Source: an uncultured delta proteobacterium
GTDB lineage: Bacteria > Myxococcota > Myxococcia > SLRQ01
Direction: 5' to 3'
Length of the DNA stretch: 64,000 bases
NCBI GenBank assembly: GCA_963727485.1
Contig: CAVSGM010000001.1
Coordinates: 224,001-288,000 of the forward strand
Part shown: in pieces, positions 10,248 to 19,713 of the stretch
How positions within the stretch are numbered: the stretch's first letter is position 1
How the letters are laid out: every line of letters starts with the position of its first letter
The notes under the pieces: model-generated
The model's database searches: none
What the model saw: only the letters and a program-made list of their open reading frames with translations
What the model was told of the DNA's origin: nothing
Position numbers and translations under genes: made by a program

Positions 10248-12952
10248 GCGCGGCCGCCCCGCCGGCGGTAGAGGGCGACGAGCCCGAGGAGCAGGGCCAG
10301 GATTGCGTCGCCACCGCCCGCGCTGCTGCAGCCGCATCCAGGCGCCGAGTCCGGGCCGGTGGGCCCGCCGTCGGTCGCGGAGCCGGCGTCGGGCGAGCCC
10401 CCGTCGGCCGCCCCAGCGTCGACCGTCCCCCCGTCAGTCGCCCCACCGTCGACCGCCGGGCCCCCGCCGGCGCCCGCGCCGCCATCGGTCTGGACCCCTC
10501 CGTCCCCGCTCCCTCCGTCGGTGCTGCCGGTGGCCGCCGTGGACAGGAGCGTGAGCTGCCCCCAGTGGTCCGGCACCGCCCAGGGCGTCCCGCCGTGGTC
10601 CGAGAAGTAGGCGAGTTGCCCGTGGTCGAGGTCGTTGTTGACCAGCAGCGCCCTCATCTGCGCCCCCGCCGCGGGGCTGGCGCCCACGTCGGCCCAGGGC
10701 AGGCGCACCTCGATCACGTAGCCCGTCGCCGTGGCCGCCGCCGCCGTCGCCAGGTGGCTGTTCCAGCTCACGTCCCCGTTGTTCCCGCTGACCCCGGTGC
10801 CCCGGCTGTCCCAGACCACCCCCTTGGCGTCGACGATGAAGTGGTAGTCGTCGGGCTCCATGGTCGGCCCGCCGTCATGGTTCACGTCGAGGAAGAGCTC
10901 CACCCCATCGTGGCTCCAGACGTCGCCGTCCCGGGTCGCCGGCGCGGTCTCCACGTTGGCGTCGGTGACCTCGAAGGCGAGGTAGAGGTTGGCGTCGTCC
11001 CAGAGGCCGCGCACGGTGACCGTGTTGTCGCTCACCGACGCGTCCGAGAAGGTCAGCGGCGCGACGCCGGAGAACTCGGAGAGGTCGCCGTCGAGGGTCA
11101 CCGGAAAGGCCGCCCGGGAGGCCAAGAGCCCGCTGCAGTCGGGGTCGGCACCGTCGACGAGGCCGTCGCAGTCGTCGTCGATCCCGTTGTCGCAGATCTC
11201 CGGTGACGGCTGCGCCCCGTCGCAGCTCGACCAGCGCCCGGAGACGCACCGGCGCTGCCCGGCGCAGGCGCCCACGTCGCAGGCCTCGGTGGCGCCGGCC
11301 TGGCACGCGGGGACCGGCGGGCGGATGAGGCGCACGAAGTCCACCGTGAGGTCACAGCTCCCCGAGTCCACCAGCCGGAAGTCCATCCCCGAGGCGAAGC
11401 GCCGGGCGAGGTCGAGGTCGGTCAGCGCGAAGGTCGCCGTCTTCCAGCCCCCGGAGCCGGCGTAGGGCACTGGGTCCGAGACCACGTCGGGGTTCGAGGG
11501 CGAGCTGTACTCCAGGTGCCAGGCGCCGCTGCGTGCAGTCGTCGCGGTAGGTGACCTTGAGCCAGGCGGTGTGGGGCCCGCCGGACCAGAAGGCCCGGTC
11601 CACCTTGAAGTACATCTCGTCGTTGCCCGACGCGTGGTCGGTGCGCCGGGCGCCGTACTCGGTGCCGGCGACGATCCCTCCGCGGCCGAACATCCCGTCG
11701 GGCTTCAGGTCGGTGGGCACGGTCACGCCGCCGGGCGACACGTCCCGCTGCATCAGCCACCGCTCGAAGTTCTTGATGGTCGTGCGGCTGGTGGAGTCGA
11801 TGTAGTAGTTCCCGTAGACGCTCGACTTGGGCCAGCTCCAGGCGTCGGGGGCGGTGGCGGCGTGCTGGCCCAGCTCGATCTCCGCCCAGTGGGCGAAGTC
11901 CGTGTAGCCCGGGGTGTCGTAGAGGGCGAGCGCCAGCCAGTTGCGCCGGGTGAGGAGGTTCCACAGGACCGCCAGGCGGTAGCGATAGGGCGTGTCCGCC
12001 GCCGGCCCGAAGCGGTTGCTCGTCGGATCGAACTCGGTGTTCTCGGACCCGTAGAAGGCGCCGTCCACGTGGGGCGGGTGGGTGGGGTCGAAGGTGAGGT
12101 AGCCATCCGCGTCCACCAGGTGGCCGAAGCCCGCGTGCCAGATCTTGGTCTCGGTGGGGAAGCCGTCGCGCTCGCCGGTGCCCGCGGGGTAGCTCTCGCC
12201 GAGCATCGCCTCGAAGGTCGGCTTCCACGCGGGGTCGAGGTAGAAGGCGCCGGCGCCGGAGATCATGTTCACCAGCTTGTGGGTGTGGCCGGCGAAGGCG
12301 GTGGTGTAGTCGATGACGAAATGCTTCTGCCAGTACTGGATCGCCGGGAGCAGGGAGGGGTCGTTCACCGGGAGGGTGAACTCGCCGTAGGCGTCGAAGG
12401 GCGTGCGCATGTCCACGTAGACCAGCTGGGGGTCGGCGCCGTAGCGGGCGGCGAGGGCCTGGATGAACGGCCTGACCGCCTGCGCCCACTGGTCGCCTGA
12501 GGCCCAGGGGGTGTCGAAGCCGGCGCTGCTCGAAGACCAGGGCGAACTGGCTCTGGACCCAGGCGGGGATCTGGCTCCTCGACCCGTACCAGGGCCACAG
12601 CCCGAAGCCGGCGCCCGGGCCCATGGCGTGGACCGCGTCGACGATCTGGTCGACGCTCGACCAGTCGAAGACCCCGGGCGAGGGCTCGACGGTGCTCCAG
12701 GTCACCGGGATGTTCACCGCGTACCTCGGCTGGGTGTGGCCCTTGGCGAGGGTGGCGGCCTGGCTCTGGGAGACCCAGTAGAGGCCACTGTCGGGGGCCC
12801 GGGGGGTGCCCGCCGGGAGCCACCAGTCGTCGCCGGCGACGTTCGACTTCAGCTGGGCCCGGGCGGCCAGGGGCACCAGCAGCAGGGCCAGGGTGGCGGC
12901 CGAGGCGGACGGCCCGGCCCCAGGGGTGCTGCCCGCGGTCGCTGCCCTTCAT
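10244..12952 (-). CDS. Secreted multidomain putative glycoside hydrolase: GH42-like N-terminus, Cys/Asp metal-binding motif, CBM9-like domain, MYXO-CTERM anchor (three frameshifts)
   Basis: AAGGAG RBS; signal peptide ATLALLLVPLAARA; TWSTVEPSPGVFDWSSVD; EICDNGIDDDCDGLVDGADPDC; LDGDLSE...LWDDANLYLAFEVTD...DGVELFLD; C-terminus GCGCSS-TM-RRR. Frames join at ~12900, ~12525 and ~11535. Confidence 0.72.
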
Positions 12953-13053
12953 GCGTCGGTCTCCTTGCGGGCCCCGGATGGGGCCCGGGGCATTGTACCG
13001 GACCGGCCCCCGGGGCCCGGGCCTCATAGGGTGTCGTACCCAGGGTCCCCGGA

Positions 13054-13082
13054 TTGACTTCCCGGGCCCGCCGCTCTACAAC
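13054..13082 (+). promoter_or_regulatory. sigma70-type promoter of rpsO-pnp (TTGACT-N17-TACAAC)
   Basis: Hexamers at 13054-13059 and 13077-13082. Confidence 0.65.
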
Positions 13083-13165
13083 CCCGCGGTCCGGCAGGCC
13101 GAATGGGGCCCGTCGGGCGTCAACACTTGAGCACCCCGGCGCCGGCTTCACGGCTGGACCGCGGG
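13083..13165 (+). promoter_or_regulatory. Structured rpsO 5' leader (candidate S15 autoregulatory RNA)
   Basis: 13-bp closing stem 13083-13095/13153-13165 with nested stems, ending just before the SD. Confidence 0.5.
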
Positions 13166-13177
13166 CAAGGAGAGCCG

Positions 13178-13447
13178 ATGTCGCTCCACCCCACCAGCAA
13201 GATCGAGATCATCGAGAAGTTCAAGCGTCACGAGGGCGACACCGGGTCGCCCGAGGTGCAGATCGCGCTCCTCAGCGAGCGCATCCGCTACCTCACCGAG
13301 CACTTCAAGAGCCACAAGAAGGACCACCACTCGCGCCGCGGGCTCCTCAAGCTCGTCGGTCAGCGGCGGCGGCTCCTCGCCTACCTGCGCAAGCAGGACG
13401 TCAACCGATACCGCAGCGTGGTCGAGGCCTTGGGCCTTCGTCACTAG
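13178..13447 (+). CDS. rpsO: 30S ribosomal protein S15
   Basis: [34 protein letters not shown]. Confidence 0.98.
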   Translation: MSLHPTSKIEIIEKFKRHEGDTGSPEVQIALLSERIRYLTEHFKSHKKDHHSRRGLLKLVGQRRRLLAYLRKQDVNRYRSVVEALGLRH

Positions 13448-13458
13448 GCGGCATCCGA

Positions 13459-13503
13459 GAAAGGCCCGGCACCGGAATTCGGTGGCGGGCCTTTCCGGTT
13501 TTC
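13459..13503 (+). terminator. Rho-independent terminator after rpsO
   Basis: GAAAGGCCC...GGGCCTTTC hairpin followed by CGGTTTTCC. Confidence 0.65.
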
Positions 13504-13560
13504 CAGCAGGACCCGAACGCGCCCCGGGAAGGGGCGACACACCCAAGGCAGGTTGCCAGG

Positions 13561-13639
13561 GACCCGATTGCTTCGGTTTCCGTTCCGGATCTCCCACCCA
13601 AGGTGGGAGCGCGGGGAACAGGAACTGATGAGTCGGGTC
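13561..13639 (+). promoter_or_regulatory. Long stem-loop in pnp leader (candidate RNase III processing site)
   Basis: Nested arms GACCCGA/TCGGGTC, GTTCC/GGAAC and CTCCCACC/GGTGGGAG. Confidence 0.55.
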
Positions 13640-13668
13640 GCCGGGCCACCTCCTCCAAGGAGAAGACC

Positions 13669-15823
13669 ATGGCAGGACCCGAAGGAACCACGCTACCGCC
13701 GAAGATCGGCGAGCTCGAGTTCACCCTCAACACCGGCCGCTACGCCAAGCAGTCGTCGGGCTCGGTGATGGTGCGCTACGGCGACACCACCGTCCTCGTC
13801 AACGCCAACGCCACCAAGGATCCCAAGGACGTCCCGTTCCTGCCCCTGACGGTGAACTACGAGGAGAAGCTCTCCGGCGGCGGCCGCATCCCCGGCTCGT
13901 TCTTCCGCCGCGAGGGCCGGCCCACCGAGCGGGAGACCCTCCTCGCCCGCATCGTCGACCGCTCCATCCGCCCGCTCTTCGCCGACGGCTGGAACTACGA
14001 GACCCAGGTCATCGTCAGCGTCCTCGCCTTCGACGGAGAGAACGACCCGGACCACCTGGCGCTCACCGGCGCCTCGGCGGCCCTGTGCATGAGCGACATC
14101 CCCTTCGGCGGCCCCATCGCCGGCTGCCGGGTGGGCCGCATCGACGGTGAGCTGGTGGTCAACCCCACCGACGCCCAGCGCGCCAAGGCCGACCTCGACA
14201 TCTTCGTCGCCGCCTCCAAGGACGCCATCGTGATGGTCGAGGGCGGCGCCAACGAGGTCGACGAGGCGACCATGGTCGAGGCCCTCGAGACGGGCAAGGC
14301 CGCGGTCCAGCCCCTCATCGAGCTCCAGGAGAAGCTCATCGCCGAGGTCGGGAAGCCCAAGCGCGAGGCCAAGCCCCTGGTGGTCCCCAGCGAGATCCTC
14401 GCCGCGGTCAAGGAGGTCGCCGACCCCAAGCTCGCCGGCGCCTTCGCGGTCAACGAGAAGCACGCCCGCTACGCCGCCCTCGACGTGGTCAAGGACGAGG
14501 TCCTCGCCCACTTCGCCGAGCAGCTCGGCGAGGAGGAGTGGGCCACCGCCCGCCCGCTCTACAAGGCGGCGTTCAACGAGACCAAGCACCACCACATGCG
14601 CCACCAGAATCCTCACCACCAAGAAGCGGATCGGCGGCCGCAGCCCCACCGAGATCCGCCAGATCTGGGCCGAGGTGGGGACCCTCCCGCGGGTCCACGG
14701 CTCCGCCTGCTTCACCCGCGGCGAGACCCAGTCGATCAGCACCTGCACGCTGGGCACCAGCCAGGACGAGCAGCGGATCGAGGGGCTCTCGGGCATGCAC
14801 TTCGAGAAGTTCATGCTCCACTACAACTTCCCCCCCTACTCGGTGGGCGAGGTGAAGCGCATGGGCTCCACCAGCCGCCGCGAGATCGGGCACGGGACGC
14901 TGGCCAAGCGCGCCCTGTCCAGCCTGCTGCCCACCGAGGCCGACGGCTTCCCCTACACCATCCGGGTGGTCAGCGACATCACCGAGTCCAACGGCTCCTC
15001 GTCCATGGCCACCGTGTGTGCCGGGACCCTGGCGCTGATGGACTGCGGGGTGCCCATCAAGGCCCCGGCGGCCGGCATCGCCATGGGCCTGATCATGGAG
15101 GGCGACGACTACGTGGTCCTCTCGGACATCCTCGGTGACGAGGACCACCTCGGCGACATGGACTTCAAGGTCTGCGGCACCGAGAAGGGCATCACCGCCA
15201 TCCAGATGGACATCAAGTGCCCGGGTCTCACCAAGGAGATCATGGCCGAGGCGCTCCACCAGGCCCACGAGGGTCGGCTCCACATCCTCGGCGAGATGCT
15301 CAAGGTCCTGCCCGAGCCCCGCACCGAGATCAGCCGGTGGGCGCCGCGCATCGTCTCGGTCAAGATCAAGCCCGAGCGCATCAAGGACATCATCGGCCCC
15401 GGGGGCAAGGTCATCCGGGACATCACCAAGCGGACCAACACCGTCATCAACATCGACGACGACGGCACGGTCTCCATCGCCTCGGCCAACGCCGACGACG
15501 TGGACGCCGCCATCAAGATCGTCCGCGAGCTCACCCAGGAGCCCGAGGTCGGCAAGGTCTACCTCGGGACCGTCCGCCGGATCATGGACTTCGGCGCCTT
15601 CGTCGAGATCCTCCCGGGGACCGACGGCCTGGTGCACATCTCCGAGCTCGCCGACAAGCGGGTGGAGCAGGTCACCGACGTCCTCCAGGAGGGCGACGAG
15701 GTCCTGGTGAAGGTCCTCAACATCGACCGCTCCGGCAGAATCCGCCTCTCGCGCAAGGCCGCCCTCGCCGAGGGCAGCGGCGAGGCTCCCGAGGACGCCG
15801 GCGAGGTGAAGTCGGCGAGCTGA
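13669..15823 (+). CDS. pnp: Polyribonucleotide nucleotidyltransferase (frameshift at ~14608)
   Basis: [48 protein letters not shown] and S1 domains. Removing one A at GAATC joins the two ORFs. Confidence 0.96.
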
Positions 15824-15872
15824 CGTCCGACGTGCGCGGGGGGCCATCACCGGCCCGCCCGCCGCCCGTGAG

Positions 15873-15910
15873 GAACCGGCCCCTGGGGAGCATCCCTGGG
15901 GGCCGTTTCT
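15873..15910 (+). terminator. Hairpin after pnp, possible terminator
   Basis: CGGCCCCTGGGGA-GCA-TCCCTGGGGGCCG followed by TTTCT. Confidence 0.45.
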
Positions 15911-15959
15911 GCATCCGGGACCGTTTCCCTGACGGCCCCGAGGGGCTACACTCAACAGG

Positions 15960-17100
15960 ATGCGGGGGAAGCTGAACGGGGAGCAGGCGCCCGTCGTGGG
16001 CGGTCACGGTGAGGCCGCCCTCGGCGCGTTGATGCAGACGCTGCCGGGCTTCGTCTTCCGGTGCCGGCCGGCGCGGACCGCCTGGGACGTCGACTACGTC
16101 AGCGACGGCATCCGCGCCCTCACCGGCTTCGGCCCCGAGGCCTTCCGACCCGGCGGGAACATGACCTTCACCCGGGTCATCGACCCGGGGGACCTCGCCC
16201 GGGTCACCAACGAGAATCCGCGGGGCCCTCGCCGCCCGGCGCACCTACCAGCTCACCTACGCCATGGTCGACGCCGAGGGGCGCCGGCGCCAGGTGTGGG
16301 AGCTCGGCCGCGGGGTGTGGAACGAGGCCGGCGACCTCGAGGCCGTCGACGGCTACGTCGCCGAGCTCGGCGCCGACGACGCCGAGCGGCCCAAGGTCCT
16401 CGACCTCGAGCAGATGGTCGAAGGGCTCGACGCCCTCCTCGGCCGCTTCTACGGCGCCGAGGTGGCCCTGGAGCTGGTCGCCTCCGGGGACGGGGGCCGG
16501 ACCTGGGTCGACGCCAGCGGCGCCGAGCGGGTGGTCCTCAAGGTGGTGGCGTCTGGCTCCGACGTGGTCCCCCGCCGGGACCGGGTGCGGCTCTCGGTGT
16601 CCCGGGACAAGGGCTCCGAGCTCGCCCGGCGCACCGGCCTGGGCCTGGCCTCGGTGGACGTGGCCTTCGGCGAGGACGGCCCGGCGGGCACCTCCGAGGA
16701 TCCCGGCGACGTGCCCCTCGCCCCCGACCACCGGCGCGAGGTGATCCTCCTCGTCGAGGACGACGCCCGGCTCCGGCGGATCCTCCAGGAGCTCCTCGAG
16801 GGCGAGGGCTACCAGGTGCTCCCGGCCGCCGGCGCCACCGAGGCCCTGGCCGTGGCCCGGCGCGCCCCACGCATCGATCTGCTCATCACCGACGTGGTGA
16901 TGCCCGAGGTCAGCGGCCCCGAGCTCGCCGAGCGCCTCGACACCCTGCGCCCCGGGCTCCCGGTGCTCTACGTCTCCGGCTACACCGGCAAGGCCTTCAG
17001 CGCCACCACCCTGCTCCCGCCCACGGTGGCCTTCCTGCCCAAGCCGGTGGTCCCCGGGCGCCTCTTCGAGAAGGTGCGCCAGATCCTCGGCCGAGGCTAG
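15960..17100 (+). CDS. PAS - degenerate kinase remnant - receiver domain protein (frameshift at ~16215)
   Basis: PAS_3-like LPGFVFRC...YVSDGIRALTGF...YQLTYAMVDAEG; REC with LVEDD, ITDVVMP, YVSGY and LPKP. Confidence 0.8.
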
Positions 17101-18638
17101 GAGAGCTTCTGCGCCCGCATCTGCCGGGCGATGCGCAGGGCCAGGGTCATGATGGTCAGCTGGGGGTTCACGCCGAGGCTGGTGGGCACCACGCTCCCGT
17201 CGGCGACCCACAGCTCCTGAAGGTCCCAGGCCCGGCCCCGGTCGTCGATCACCGACCGGTCCTCGCTCACCCCCATCCGGCACGAGCCCAGGGGGTGCTG
17301 GGAGCCGCACTCGAGCTGCCGGCCCTTGTAGCGGGCGAGGTCGAGGCCGCGGAAGCGATCGGCGTTCACGGCCCCCAGGCCCAGGACCGGCAGATAGATC
17401 TCCTTGGCCCCGGCGGCGAAGAAGATCTCGCCCATCACCTGCATCAGCCGTGGCACCGCCGCCCGGTCGCGCTTCGACATCCGGTAGGTGACGAAGGGCT
17501 CACGGCCGAGCCCCCGGCGGACCGTGCCCCCGCCGTCGTCGTGGATCATCCCCCCGAAGACCGCCAGGTGGGGGATGGCCGCGGCGGCGTCGGCGTGACG
17601 GTCGCCGATGCCGGGGAGGGTCGCCGCCAGGACCCCGGGCGGGGTGAACAGGCCCATCATGGTGATGCGCTCGTCCTCGAGGCTGTCGGAGTAGGCGCTC
17701 TGGAGGGCGCCCTTCCATCCCTCGACCGCCTCGTCGAAGCGGGCCATGACCCGGAACGCCGGGTGGACGGTGAGGTTCCTGCCCACCTGCCCCGAGCGCC
17801 TGCCCACGCCGCTGGCCCGGAGGATGAGGGGGGTGTGGAACGCGCCGGCGGAGAGGACGACCCGGCGGGCCTTCACCGTCAGCCGGCCGCCCGGGCCGCC
17901 GTCCCGGCCGTTGAGCACGCGGCCGGTGACCCCGGTGGCCCGCCCGCCGTCGTGGGTCACCCGCTCCACCAGGCAGTCCGAGTGGATCCGGGCGCCGGCG
18001 GCCACCGCCCGGGGCAGGTAGACCCGGTCCACCGAGAGCTTGGCCCCGTGGGGGCAGCCGAAGTTGCACCGGCCGCAGCCCCGGCACCCCTCGGTGTTCC
18101 GGCGCAGGGGCTTGATGCCGTAGCCGAGCTTCTCGGCGCCCTCCACGAAGAGGGTGGTGGACCGCGAGCGCATCCGCACGGGCACCTCCTCCACGTGGAT
18201 CGCCTGCTCCACCTCCTCGAAGAAGGGCTCGAGGTCGGCGGCGGTGAACCCCTCGAGGCCGTGGAGGCGGCGCCAGTCGTCGAGGACCGCCTCGGGGGTG
18301 CGGAAGCACACCCCGCCGGTGAGCACCGAGGAGCCCCCGACGCACCGGCCCATCATCATGTTGATCATCGGGGTGTCCCCGACGCCCACCGCGAAGCTCA
18401 TCCCCCCGTCACGCCACATCTGGCGCATCATCTCGCTGGGTCGCATCGCCCCGTAGTCGGCGGGGGCGACCTTCGGGCCCTCCTCGAGGATGATCACCTC
18501 GAGGCCCGCGTCGGCGAGCTCGGCGGCGACCACCGCGCCCCCGGCCCCGGAGCCCACCACCACCGCGTCGCAGGTGAGGGTGAGGTCGCCTTGGTGCGCC
18601 CGGCCGGCGGTCACGGCGGTGCCGTCGGGGAGGCTCAC
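17097..18638 (-). CDS. GMC family oxidoreductase
   Basis: VVGSGAGG, GRCVGGSSVL, CRGCGRCNFGC, HPLGSCRMG, DGSVVPTSLGVNPQLT; GTG start overlaps upstream TGA. Confidence 0.92.
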   Translation of the reverse strand: MSLPDGTAVTAGRAHQGDLTLTCDAVVVGSGAGGAVVAAELADAGLEVIILEEGPKVAPADYGAMRPSEMMRQMWRDGGMSFAVGVGDTPMINMMMGRCVGGSSVLTGGVCFRTPEAVLDDWRRLHGLEGFTAADLEPFFEEVEQAIHVEEVPVRMRSRSTTLFVEGAEKLGYGIKPLRRNTEGCRGCGRCNFGCPHGAKLSVDRVYLPRAVAAGARIHSDCLVERVTHDGGRATGVTGRVLNGRDGGPGGRLTVKARRVVLSAGAFHTPLILRASGVGRRSGQVGRNLTVHPAFRVMARFDEAVEGWKGALQSAYSDSLEDERITMMGLFTPPGVLAATLPGIGDRHADAAAAIPHLAVFGGMIHDDGGGTVRRGLGREPFVTYRMSKRDRAAVPRLMQVMGEIFFAAGAKEIYLPVLGLGAVNADRFRGLDLARYKGRQLECGSQHPLGSCRMGVSEDRSVIDDRGRAWDLQELWVADGSVVPTSLGVNPQLTIMTLALRIARQMRAQKLS

Positions 18639-19033
18639 GGCGCCTCCAGGCAGGTCTGGTGGAAGCCCACCGCCGCGGCGCTGTCCGGGTGCTCGTACCA
18701 GACGATGCAGAGCATGGCCTTGAGGGCGAGGATCGGCGCCGAGAGGACGCTGTCCTCGAGGCGCCCCAGGGCGCGGATCCGGGTGGCGAGCGCCAGGCGG
18801 TGGAAGGGCCAGGGCCGCCACACCATCAGGGGGGCCAGGACCGAGACCGCGAAGATCATCAGCCGGCTCACCCCCCGGGCCCGGGCGCCGGAGCGGGTGA
18901 AGAGGTCGTCGAGGTCGTCGAGGAGCCAGTCGAGGCGCGCCGGGGGCGGGGCGCCGGCGGGGCCGGAGAAGACCGCCTCGGCGATGGCGCGGAGGGCGCG
19001 GCGACGCCTGGGGGGGAGGGCGGTGCGGGCCAT
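18635..19033 (-). CDS. Small GMC partner protein (gluconate 2-dehydrogenase subunit 3-like)
   Basis: Translationally coupled to the GMC gene; [11 protein letters not shown]...[13 protein letters not shown]...VGF pattern. Confidence 0.65.
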   Translation of the reverse strand: MARTALPPRRRRALRAIAEAVFSGPAGAPPPARLDWLLDDLDDLFTRSGARARGVSRLMIFAVSVLAPLMVWRPWPFHRLALATRIRALGRLEDSVLSAPILALKAMLCIVWYEHPDSAAAVGFHQTCLEAP

Positions 19034-19161
19034 CCCCCCGAGGATGCCCCCGGCCGGCGCGCGGGGACAAGGGCCGGCGCGGGGAAAGCGTCGTCGTTCG
19101 GATCGCCTTACGACGCCCCCCGTGGGGTCCCGGGGCGGCGCGGGTGTGGTACACGCCCAGG

Positions 19162-19614
19162 ATGCCGGAGCCGCTGCGGATCATGCGGGTGGGCGATCGG
19201 GAGGGCACGGAGCTCCCCCTGCCCCGGTACCACACCGCCGGCAGCGCCGGGCTCGACCTCCACGCCGACCTCGAGGCACCCGTAATCCTGGCCCCAGGGG
19301 CCCGGGCCCGGGTGCCCACGGGGCTCGCCGTGGCCATTCCCCCGGGCCACGAGGGCCAGGTCCGCCCCCGCAGCGGGCTGGCCCACCGCCACGGGGTCAC
19401 GGTGCTCAACGCCCCGGGCACCATCGACAGCGACTACCGGGGCGAGCTCCAGGTGCTCCTGGTGAACCTCGGCGAGGCGCCGGTCACCCTGAACCGGGGC
19501 GACCGGGTGGCCCAGCTGGTGGTGGCGCCGGTGGTCCAGGTGGCGATCACCGAGGTGGAGACCCTGGAGGAAACCCCGCGGGGTGATGGAGGCTTCGGGC
19601 ACACCGGGCGCTGA
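19162..19614 (+). CDS. dut: dUTP diphosphatase
   Basis: [40 protein letters not shown]. Confidence 0.97.
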   Translation: MPEPLRIMRVGDREGTELPLPRYHTAGSAGLDLHADLEAPVILAPGARARVPTGLAVAIPPGHEGQVRPRSGLAHRHGVTVLNAPGTIDSDYRGELQVLLVNLGEAPVTLNRGDRVAQLVVAPVVQVAITEVETLEETPRGDGGFGHTGR

Positions 19615-19713
19615 GGCCGGGCCGGGGACCGGGGGGACACGCGTTGTCGCTGAACGGAGTTTGCTGCTAGCCTTCTCACCTTTACGGGCCTGGATCCCCG
19701 GGAGCCGACCGCC

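Noticed and set aside
15960..19586. 1208-aa ORF as a single protein
   Set aside because: Only the first ~85 codons are real (PAS). The rest is off-frame after the 16215 frameshift and antisense to the GMC gene.
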